Below are positions 48,666 through 56,001 of a stretch of DNA of 64,000 bases, one piece after another. The stretch's first letter is position 1; each line of letters starts with the position of its first letter. The translations under genes were made by a program, and so were the position numbers. The stretch comes from an uncultured Chloroflexia bacterium (GTDB lineage Bacteria > Chloroflexota > Limnocylindria > Limnocylindrales > CSP1-4), in NCBI GenBank assembly GCA_963819655.1, contig CAWFXA010000001.1, positions 64,001-128,000 on the forward strand, written 5' to 3'. The notes beneath the pieces were generated by a model that was not told where the DNA came from, did not search any database, and saw nothing but the letters and a program-made list of their open reading frames with translations.

Positions 48666-48871
48666 ACGCCTCCTCCTCGGGTGTCGGCGATGGTAGCCGG
48701 TTGACCACGCCGGGGGCCGGCGGCTGATCCGGATTGTCACGCGGTTGCAATCCCCGTTCTCAGATACGCCACGGCGGCGCAAGCCGCGCCGTAGTGCACT
48801 CCACGAGCGAGCGCGCGTGGCCGGCTGCGCGCTGTCGCCCTGCCCGTTTCTCACGGGCCCCAGCATCGAGA

Positions 48872-50002
48872 ATGGACGAGGCGCCGTTGACAGCCCTACC
48901 ACCGATCGCGGGATCGCTGGGCGATGCCGGACAAGTCGAGGAGAGGCTGAGGCGGCTGGCCGAGGCCGAACACGCGCGTGCCGCCGAGCTGAACGCGGTC
49001 ATTCGGGCGATGGGCGACGGGGTGATCGTGTGCGCCGCCGACGGGCGGACGATCCTCGCCAACCCTGCCGGTCGAGCAATGTTCCCGTCGATCACCGAGG
49101 TCAGCTACGCCGGGATCCTCGCAGAGCTGCACGACCCGGAGGGGATGGCACCGCCACTCGGGACGCGTGCCGGGCCGGTCGTCTTCCGGACGCGGTCCGA
49201 GCCCGAGCGCTGGATCGAGGTGGCGACATATCCGGTCGATCGCGCCACAGACGGCGAGCGCGGGGAGACGATCCTGGTCCTGCGGGACGTCACCGAACAA
49301 CGCCAGCGCGAGGCGGTCAGGGAAACCTTCATCGGCGTCCTGTCGCACGAGCTTCGCACCCCGGTCACAACGATCTTCGGTGGCGCTCGCATCCTGTCAA
49401 GGGATGACAGTGGCCTCGACGAGGCGACCCGCAGGGGGATCCTCGCCGATGTCGCCGACGAGGCCGAACGGCTCAAACGGCTCGTGGAGGACGTCGTCGC
49501 GCTGAGTCGGTTCGGCGAATCGGAAGGGGACCTGGGCCGGGAGCCGGTCCTTCTCCAGCGGGTCGTGCCGGCCGTCGTCGCTTCGGAGGAAGAGCGCTGG
49601 CCGGGTGTCACGTTCACGGTCCAGGTCCCACCCGGGCTACCGACCGTCGTGGCCGACCCGACCTATCTCGAGCAGGTCATCAGAAATCTCCTCGCGAACG
49701 CCGCCAAATACGGCGGCCAAGGCGCCATGATCGAAGTCGTCGTGGAGTCGGACACCGATGCCGAGGAGGTGTCTGTCTGCGTCCGCGACGATGGCCCGGG
49801 CATCGAGCCGGACGAGGCGGAGCGCCTGTTCGACCTGTTCTACCGCTCCCCGGCGACTGCCACCGTCACGGCAGGTGCGGGCATCGGGCTGTTCGTGTGC
49901 GCTCGACTCGTGCGCGCGATGGGCGGGCGTGTCTGGGCGCGAGCGCTCCCTGCCGGGGGCGCCGAATTCGCCTTCGCGCTCCGGGTGATGCACGAAGACT
50001 GA
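48872..50002 (+). CDS. Cytoplasmic PAS-domain sensor histidine kinase
   Basis: SHELRTP, NAAKY, DDGPG, GAGIGL. Confidence 0.9.
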   Translation: MDEAPLTALPPIAGSLGDAGQVEERLRRLAEAEHARAAELNAVIRAMGDGVIVCAADGRTILANPAGRAMFPSITEVSYAGILAELHDPEGMAPPLGTRAGPVVFRTRSEPERWIEVATYPVDRATDGERGETILVLRDVTEQRQREAVRETFIGVLSHELRTPVTTIFGGARILSRDDSGLDEATRRGILADVADEAERLKRLVEDVVALSRFGESEGDLGREPVLLQRVVPAVVASEEERWPGVTFTVQVPPGLPTVVADPTYLEQVIRNLLANAAKYGGQGAMIEVVVESDTDAEEVSVCVRDDGPGIEPDEAERLFDLFYRSPATATVTAGAGIGLFVCARLVRAMGGRVWARALPAGGAEFAFALRVMHED

Positions 50003-50007
50003 GTGGC

Positions 50008-50979
50008 TCAGAACCAGCGCCGAGCCTTGGCGATGACCACGATCGAGACCGCCAGGACCAGCATGCCCCCGACGACGAACCAGAAGTTGGTCGCGTCCTC
50101 GAAGAAGCCGACCTTGAAGTTCATGCCCATGATCCCGGCCAGGACGACCGACGGCAGCAAGACCGCGGACAGCAACGTCAGAGTGCGCATCACGTCGTTG
50201 GCGCGCTGCGAGACCCGACCCATGTGGATATCGAAGGTCCCAAGCAGACCCTCGCGCAGATTCTCGATCGACGACATGGCCGCCTCGAGCCGGTCGACCA
50301 GACCGGGCCACGGCCGCCCGACGCTGCTCTCGACATCCATCTCGGGCAATGCGAGGGTCGACAGCGCGTCGCGATGCGGCGCGAGGGTGCGGCGCACCAG
50401 GCCGATCCGTCGCCGCAGCGCGACGATCGCCGAGAGGATGTCGTCGTCCCGACTGTGGAGCGCGCGCTGGTCGAGCTCGTCGATCTCGCGCTCGATGGAC
50501 TCTGCCAACAGGAAATAGCCGACCAGGACCTCGTCGATGAGCGACGACATTAGGTCGCCGGCCGTCAGCTTCCCGAGTCGCGTCTCGCCGTCGAGGCCCT
50601 CGTCGAAACGTTCGAGGGCCGCAACCGGCCCGCGGTGAACCGTGAGGACGACGTTCGGAGCGGCGACGAGGTCGATCTCGCGGCGCACGAGGCGTGGCCC
50701 GTCGCTATCGTCGACCTCCATCGCCTCGAGCGTGATGTGGAGGCGGTCGGCGGTGCGCGTGAGGCGAGCCCGGCCCGCGTCCGCGCGCAGCCGGTCCACA
50801 TCGATATCGCTGAGACCGAGGGCCTCGACGGTCTCGTCGATCGCCGACTCCTCGTTGCGGCTGTCGATGTCGACCCACAGCAGCCGCTTCGACCCCAGGG
50901 ACCGGACGACGTCGGGGCTCAGCTCGACTCGACGGTCGTGTCCGTCCGCGTCGAACAGGCGGGCCGACGTGCGGCTCAG
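50008..50979 (-). CDS. corA: CorA-family divalent cation (Mg2+) transporter; probable CTG start
   Basis: GMN signature and two C-terminal TMs. The open frame extends upstream of the called start through LLWVDID to a CTG overlapping the upstream TGA. Confidence 0.85.
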   Translation of the reverse strand: MSRTSARLFDADGHDRRVELSPDVVRSLGSKRLLWVDIDSRNEESAIDETVEALGLSDIDVDRLRADAGRARLTRTADRLHITLEAMEVDDSDGPRLVRREIDLVAAPNVVLTVHRGPVAALERFDEGLDGETRLGKLTAGDLMSSLIDEVLVGYFLLAESIEREIDELDQRALHSRDDDILSAIVALRRRIGLVRRTLAPHRDALSTLALPEMDVESSVGRPWPGLVDRLEAAMSSIENLREGLLGTFDIHMGRVSQRANDVMRTLTLLSAVLLPSVVLAGIMGMNFKVGFFEDATNFWFVVGGMLVLAVSIVVIAKARRWF

Positions 50980-51113
50980 TGGATGAAGCTCAGGAAACCC
51001 GCCGCGACGACGGCCACGATCGCGGTCAGGTACTGCAGCGCCAGCATCGTCCGGTCATGGGCGGGATTGTCGTCCCATGACCCGGGCCGTCTGGTTCGCG
51101 ACTCGAACAGCAT
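50976..51113 (-). CDS. 45-aa single-TM small protein upstream of corA
   Basis: GAGGTG RBS, MLFESR..., hydrophobic C-terminal helix LALQYLTAIVAVVAAGFLSFI. Confidence 0.65.
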   Translation of the reverse strand: MLFESRTRRPGSWDDNPAHDRTMLALQYLTAIVAVVAAGFLSFIH

Positions 51114-51378
51114 CGATACGCACCTCGCTCGTCGGTGTTTGCCCCGGCGATTCGCATCGTGCGATGCCGCGTGATGCGCAAGGATCGCTCGCCATCGGCC
51201 GGCGCATCTCGGGAGTATCACAACGAGGGGGGATCCGGACTGCGAGCCTCCTGCAACCTATCGCACCACACCGGAGCGCACAACCGATGCGCCAACGCCC
51301 GTACGGTCGAACGTGGCCCACACAGATGGCCGCCCGGCGTCGCCCTCCGGCTTCGCCGTCATCCCAGGAGGTGACCAT

Positions 51379-51531
51379 ATGCTCAAGCGAATCGTCATGC
51401 TGGTGGCCCTGGCGGTCGCCCTCGTCGCCTGCGGGTCAGGGACCACGAGCTCACCGGCTACCGAGACCCTGGCACCGATCGACTCGGCAGCCCCGAGCGA
51501 GGCGCCGAGCGAGTCCGCTTCGCCGTCGTGA
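51379..51531 (+). CDS. 50-aa Ser/Pro-rich small lipoprotein
   Basis: AGGAGGTG RBS, signal with LVAC lipobox, own downstream hairpin. Confidence 0.75.
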   Translation: MLKRIVMLVALAVALVACGSGTTSSPATETLAPIDSAAPSEAPSESASPS

Positions 51532-51554
51532 TCTGACGAGGCACGCCTCAAGAC

Positions 51555-51586
51555 GACGCCGGGTCCTGCCTGGGACCCGGCGTCTT
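51555..51586 (+). terminator. Hairpin terminator after the small lipoprotein
   Basis: GACGCCGGGTCC...GGACCCGGCGTC followed by TT. Confidence 0.6.
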
Positions 51587-51672
51587 GCTGTCCGGCGATC
51601 GTCCGTCTTCATGCCGTTGTTACGTGCCAGCGCACGTCCGTTGTCCGCCGGCTGAATGGCGACCGCGACATT

Positions 51673-51703
51673 TGGTCACGTACCGGGTGGTCACGTACCC
51701 GGG
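51673..51703 (+). repeat. Tandem direct repeat TGGTCACGTACC(C)GGG x2
   Basis: Copies at 51673-51687 and 51688-51703, upstream of the GlsB/YeaQ gene. Confidence 0.7.
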
Positions 51704-51761
51704 ACGGGCACAGACCCAAGCTGTGCGGGTGAGATGCCCGCCAAGGGAAGGAGGCTTCTGG

Positions 51762-52043
51762 ATGAGCATCATCGCGTGGATCGTCCTCGGCGCCATCGCC
51801 GGCTATCTTGCCGGCTTCCTCGTCAAGGGTGACGAGGGCCTCGGGATCATCGGGCACATCGTGCTCGGTATCGTCGGCGCACTCGTCGGCGGGTTCCTGG
51901 CCGGGGCCCTGTTCAACAGCGATCCGATCAACGGACCGTTCGATATCCAGTCGATCGTCGTCGCGACGATCGGTGCGGTCATCACGGTCGTGGTCGTGGG
52001 CGCCGTGATGGGCCGGAGCCGCGTGGGTCGCGGCCCGGTCTGA
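51762..52043 (+). CDS. GlsB/YeaQ/YmgE family stress-response membrane protein
   Basis: IIAWIVLGAIAG.LA...IVLGIVGALVGG...ATIGAV. Confidence 0.92.
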   Translation: MSIIAWIVLGAIAGYLAGFLVKGDEGLGIIGHIVLGIVGALVGGFLAGALFNSDPINGPFDIQSIVVATIGAVITVVVVGAVMGRSRVGRGPV

Positions 52044-52080
52044 GCCCAGCACCGGGCGCCATAGCCCGGAGGCCCAAGGT

Positions 52081-52120
52081 GCGATGGAGCCCACCAGCCC
52101 GGTGGGCTCCATCGCTTTTT
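52081..52120 (+). terminator. Intrinsic terminator
   Basis: 15-bp perfect stem GCGATGGAGCCCACC/GGTGGGCTCCATCGC followed by TTTTT. Confidence 0.85.
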
Positions 52121-52130
52121 CGGAAGGAGC

Positions 52131-52617
52131 ATGAGTCGCGTGTCGACCATCGTGGAATCGATCGATGTCGCCGTCCCCGTCCGGACGGCGTATGACCAGT
52201 GGACCCAGTTCGAGGAGTTCCCGCACTTCATGGAGGGCGTGAAGAGCGTCAAGCAGCTCGACGACACGACGCTCGAATGGACGGCCGAGATCGCCGGCGT
52301 CGAGCGCTCGTGGACCGCCGAGATCACCGATCAGGAGCCCGGACCAGACGGTCGCCTGGCGGTCGACGAGCGGCGCCAAGAACGCGGGTCAGGTCACGTT
52401 CCAGCCGTTGGGCGACAACATGACCCGTATCACGCTCCAGCTCGAGGTCGAACCAGAGGGACCCGTGGAGACGCCGGGTGACGCGCTCGGCTTCGTCGAG
52501 CGGCAGGCCGAGGGCGACCTTCGCCGGTTCAAGGAGTTCATCGAGAAGCGCGGGACCCCGACCGGCGCCTGGCGCGGTGAGGTGGAACGTGGGACGACGG
52601 CGGGCTCGCGCGGCTAG
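52131..52617 (+). CDS. SRPBCC (cyclase/dehydrase) family protein; apparent 1-nt insertion near 52340
   Basis: AYDQWTQFEEFP.FMEGV...W.AEI; correcting the frame gives PDQTVAWRSTSG...DLRRFKEFIE...GAWRG. Confidence 0.88.
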
Positions 52618-52809
52618 ATCGGCGAGCCGCGAGGCTCATGCAAGGGCGCGACGGCCTACAGGTTGGGCGACCGTGACGCCGTCCGCGTCACGCTGGGTAT
52701 GTGGCTCCTGTACCACTGGGGGTCCGGGAGCCACATACCCTCGACGGTGGACTCGGGCAACCGACCGGCCCGAAGGCAAAGCGTTGATATGCGTTTGTAA
52801 TGTCCATCG

Positions 52810-52955
52810 CGTGGCGCGTGGCGAGTCCGGGAGTTGCCCTCCCGTACGGTCAGCGCAACAGAAGACAACCACAAGGCGGGCGCTTGTGACGGGGCGCACC
52901 TCCTTTCGCACGGACGGTTCGGGTCCCCTCCCCGGGCCGTCCGTCGCCTTTCTAT
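52810..52955 (+). ncRNA. Candidate multi-hairpin small RNA with anti-Shine-Dalgarno-like segment (no known family recognised)
   Basis: TAATGT -10-like element at 52798, four hairpins, CACCTCCTTT at 52897-52906, terminal hairpin followed by CCTTTCT. Confidence 0.35.
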
Positions 52956-52991
52956 CGTCAAACGGATGGTCGGGGATTCTGGAGGTCTGAG

Positions 52992-53351
52992 ATGACGGCG
53001 ACGACAAGCCGCGGGGCGGGGAACAAGGACAAGGGCGCGGACGACAGGGCCGTCGACCGTGCGGCCACGACCGCAAAGCAAATGGCCGATACGGTGGCCG
53101 GGGTCGCGGGTGAGGTGAGCGCTCGGTTGCCGGAAGCTGCCGGCACGACGCGCGACGCGTTCCAGGAGGCGAGCCGGATGGTGCGCGCGGGCTCCGACGA
53201 GACCCTCAAGGTCGTCGGCGCCCTGTCGATCGGCTTCGCCGGCGGCCTGCTCCTGGGCGGCGCGCCACGGATCCTCGTGATCGCCTCCCTGGTGCCGGCG
53301 CTCCTCGTCGGCTCGGAGTTCGTCGATCGGAAGGGCATCGCGGCGAGCTGA
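52992..53351 (+). CDS. Hypothetical protein with C-terminal membrane anchor
   Basis: GGAGGT RBS; helical N-terminus and two hydrophobic C-terminal segments. Confidence 0.7.
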   Translation: MTATTSRGAGNKDKGADDRAVDRAATTAKQMADTVAGVAGEVSARLPEAAGTTRDAFQEASRMVRAGSDETLKVVGALSIGFAGGLLLGGAPRILVIASLVPALLVGSEFVDRKGIAAS

Positions 53352-53481
53352 TCCTCGACCCGGGCTCAGTGCAACAGCGCTGATAGCGGGGGTGCCTGTG
53401 CCAAGCGACGGACCGCAATCCGTTCGGCCGTAGCGTCGGGGACGACCCCCCACACGTGGGGCCGCAGGAGGTACCGACACC

Positions 53482-53688
53482 ATGGATGACGCGAAGCGAG
53501 CCTACCGAGAGGCTGAGAACAAGACCAAGGAAGAGCTCCGCCGCGCCGACGGTGAGGAGAGCCTTTCCGACAAGGCCGCGAACGTCGGCGACGACATCCG
53601 ACAGGGACTCGGCAATGCCGGCGACGAGATCGACGAGCAGGTCGACAAGGCCAAGTTCCGCCAGGAGCATGGCAACGATCCGGTCTGA
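53482..53688 (+). CDS. Small hydrophilic (CsbD/hydrophilin-like) protein
   Basis: AGGAGGT RBS; D/E/K-rich sequence with repeated N.GD.I; terminator downstream. Confidence 0.7.
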   Translation: MDDAKRAYREAENKTKEELRRADGEESLSDKAANVGDDIRQGLGNAGDEIDEQVDKAKFRQEHGNDPV

Positions 53689-53709
53689 CGACTGATCGCC
53701 TCAAGCGAC

Positions 53710-53742
53710 GACAGAGCCCCGGCCGATGGCCGGGGCTCTGTC
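53710..53742. terminator. Bidirectional hairpin between convergent genes
   Basis: 15-bp perfect stem GACAGAGCCCCGGCC-GAT-GGCCGGGGCTCTGTC. Confidence 0.75.
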
Positions 53743-54821
53743 ACGTCGCCGGGGTCCCGTCGCGCCCGCTGGGCGCGCTGACGGAGCAGCCGGACGATGG
53801 CACGCTCCTCATCGCGGTCGGACCCGACCGGTGGCTCCTCCTGCTCCTCGGCAGCATCGACGAGGGTGCCCGGCAGGCTCCCGTCGAGATACGCCTCGAG
53901 CACGGCGGGATGGACGTAGCTGCCGCGGGCCACGGCCGGGGTATTTCCGAGCCTCGCGGCGGTCCGTCGCATCGCCTCCACGACATTGCGTCGGGCCGCC
54001 GGACCGTGCTGCTCGGGCTGGAGCGAACGGAGCGCGCGGTACGCCAGGAGCGTCCCGGCCCACGTGCGGAAGTCCTTGGCGGTGAAATCGCCGCCAGACG
54101 CCTCGCGCAGGTAGTCGTTGACGTCGTCGGACGTGACGTCGCGGACCTCGCCGTCGTCGTCGACGTAAGCGAAAAGGGCCTGCCCCGGCAGCTCCTGGCA
54201 GCGCCGGACGATCGATGCGAGACGACGGTCGCGCACGTCGACCTCGTGCATGGCGCCCGCCTTCCCGCGGAAGCGGAACCGCACGCTGGACCCCTCGATC
54301 CGGGCGTGCCGCCCCCGCATCGTCGTCAGCCCGAACGAGCGATTGACGCGTGCGTACTCCTCGTTGCCGACACGGATCAAGCTCAGCTCGAGCAACCGCA
54401 CGACCGTCGCGAGCACCTTGTCTCGCGACAGGCGCTTCGAGGCCAGGTCCTGCCGGCAGCGCCGCCGGATCCGCGGCAGCGCGCCGGCGAAGTCGAGCAT
54501 CCGCTCGAAGTTGTCGGCACCGCGCCGCTTGCGCCACCTCGCGTGATAGCGGTACTGCTTCCGACCGCGAGCGTCGCGACCAGTCGCCTGGAGATGGCCG
54601 TTCGGCCACGGGCAGATCCAGACATCGGTCCAGGCCGGTGGGATCGCGAGAGCGGCGATGCGCGCGCGGACGTCCGCATCCCGGATCGTCGCGCCGTCGG
54701 CGTCGCGGTAGGTAAAGCCGCGACCGGACCGGCGCCGGCCCCAACCGGGCCAGGCGTCGGTCGAATAGCGCAGTCCGCTGGCGCGCGCTGCGCCGCGGGC
54801 CTCGTCTGTCGACATCGACAT
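53741..54821 (-). CDS. DNA topoisomerase IB (bacterial/poxvirus-like); apparent 1-nt insertion near 53752
   Basis: IPPAWTDVWIC, GRKQYRYH, IRVGNEEY, F.GK.G, TAKDFRTW, LGNTPAVAR.SYVHP. Removing one base ends the gene at TGA 53741, at the hairpin. Confidence 0.92.
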
Positions 54822-55034
54822 GGCGGCACGGTAGTGGCGCAGGCGTCACGACGGGACCGCTGCGAGACCTTCGCCACATGCCTGCAATCTCGCATCACGG
54901 CGGCACCGACCTCCCGATAGGGGCCCGTTCGGATACTCCGTCCAGTCCCGTCGCGACACGAAGTTCTTTGGGGATCGTCGCGATGGGACAACTATTTCCC
55001 GACGGAGCCCAGCCGCGCAGGAGACCCTTCAGGC

Positions 55035-56000
55035 ATGCAGCACGCAGTCACCATGGAGCGCCTGACGAAACGGTTCGGCGACGACATCGCTGTCGACGGC
55101 ATCACGCTGGCCGTGGCGCCGGGGACCATCGTCGGCGTCATCGGTCCGTCCGGGGCCGGCAAGACGACGCTTGTCCGTCTCATGACCGGCGCCCTGACGC
55201 CCTCGGACGGCGAGGTCCGGGTCATGGGCGAGGATCCGCTCCAGTTTCGCCGGGAGACCCGCGAGCGCATCGGCTACATGCCCCAGTCATTCGCGCTCTA
55301 CCCCGACCTGACCACGCGCGAGAACGTCGACTTCGTCGCCTCGCTCTTCGGCCTGTTGTGGTGGCGCCGGCGGCGCCGGACGCGCGAGGTACTCCAATGG
55401 GTCGATCTGTGGGATGTCCGTGGACGACGCGCGGGCCGGCTGTCGGGTGGCATGCAGCGGCGGCTCGAGCTAGCCTCCGCGCTCGTCCACGACCCGACGA
55501 TCGCGTTCCTGGACGAGCCGACGGCAGGCATCGATCCCCTCCTCCGGGCCACGATCTGGGCAGAGCTCGACCGGCTCCGGGATCAGGGCCGCACGCTTCT
55601 CGTGACGACCCAGTACGTCAACGAGGCCGAGCAATGCGACGCGGTGCTGTTGATCTCCGAAGGGCGGGTCATCGCCACGGGCACGCCCGCTCAGCTGCGA
55701 CGCATCGCGATCGGTGGTGACGAGGTCGTGATCGATACCCGCGAGCCGGTCGACGCCTCCGTCCTGCGGGACGTGCCCGATGTCCGCCGGCTGGAGCAGC
55801 GCGGCCCGACCCAGGTCCGCGTCACCGTGGCGGACAGCTCCGCGACGCTGCCCGACATCGTCGAGGCGATCACCGCGACGGGCGGCGAGGTGGTCAGCGC
55901 GGCCGAGACGCGGCCCTCGTTCGACGAGGTCTTCGCGCTCCTGGTCGAGCGCAACCGCGCCGAGCGCGCATCCGAAGACGACGCCGGCAAGGCCGCCTGA
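55035..56000 (+). CDS. ABC-2 type exporter ATP-binding protein
   Basis: GPSGAGKTT, LSGGMQRR, LDEPTAG. Confidence 0.93.
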   Translation: MQHAVTMERLTKRFGDDIAVDGITLAVAPGTIVGVIGPSGAGKTTLVRLMTGALTPSDGEVRVMGEDPLQFRRETRERIGYMPQSFALYPDLTTRENVDFVASLFGLLWWRRRRRTREVLQWVDLWDVRGRRAGRLSGGMQRRLELASALVHDPTIAFLDEPTAGIDPLLRATIWAELDRLRDQGRTLLVTTQYVNEAEQCDAVLLISEGRVIATGTPAQLRRIAIGGDEVVIDTREPVDASVLRDVPDVRRLEQRGPTQVRVTVADSSATLPDIVEAITATGGEVVSAAETRPSFDEVFALLVERNRAERASEDDAGKAA

Positions 56001-56001
56001 C

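Noticed and set aside
52745-52800. c-di-GMP-I riboswitch (GGCAA / GCAAAGC resemblance)
   Set aside because: The GGCAAAC-P2-GAAA-GACGCAAAGC arrangement and the tetraloop receptor stem are absent.
52897-52906. 16S rRNA 3'-end fragment
   Set aside because: Only 10 nt match, and the flanks do not resemble helix 45 or other rRNA sequence.
53502-53740. TopIB C-terminal extension overlapping most of the CsbD-like gene
   Set aside because: A single-base correction ends TopIB at 53741, at the bidirectional hairpin, so the extension is probably an artefact.
53741-54821. Tyrosine recombinase or mobile element
   Set aside because: The motifs are those of topoisomerase IB, and no att sites, terminal repeats or cargo boundaries are evident.
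48740-54900. Recurring TGCAA(C/T) as a shared alternative-sigma -35 element
   Set aside because: Spacing to any candidate -10 element was inconsistent between sites.
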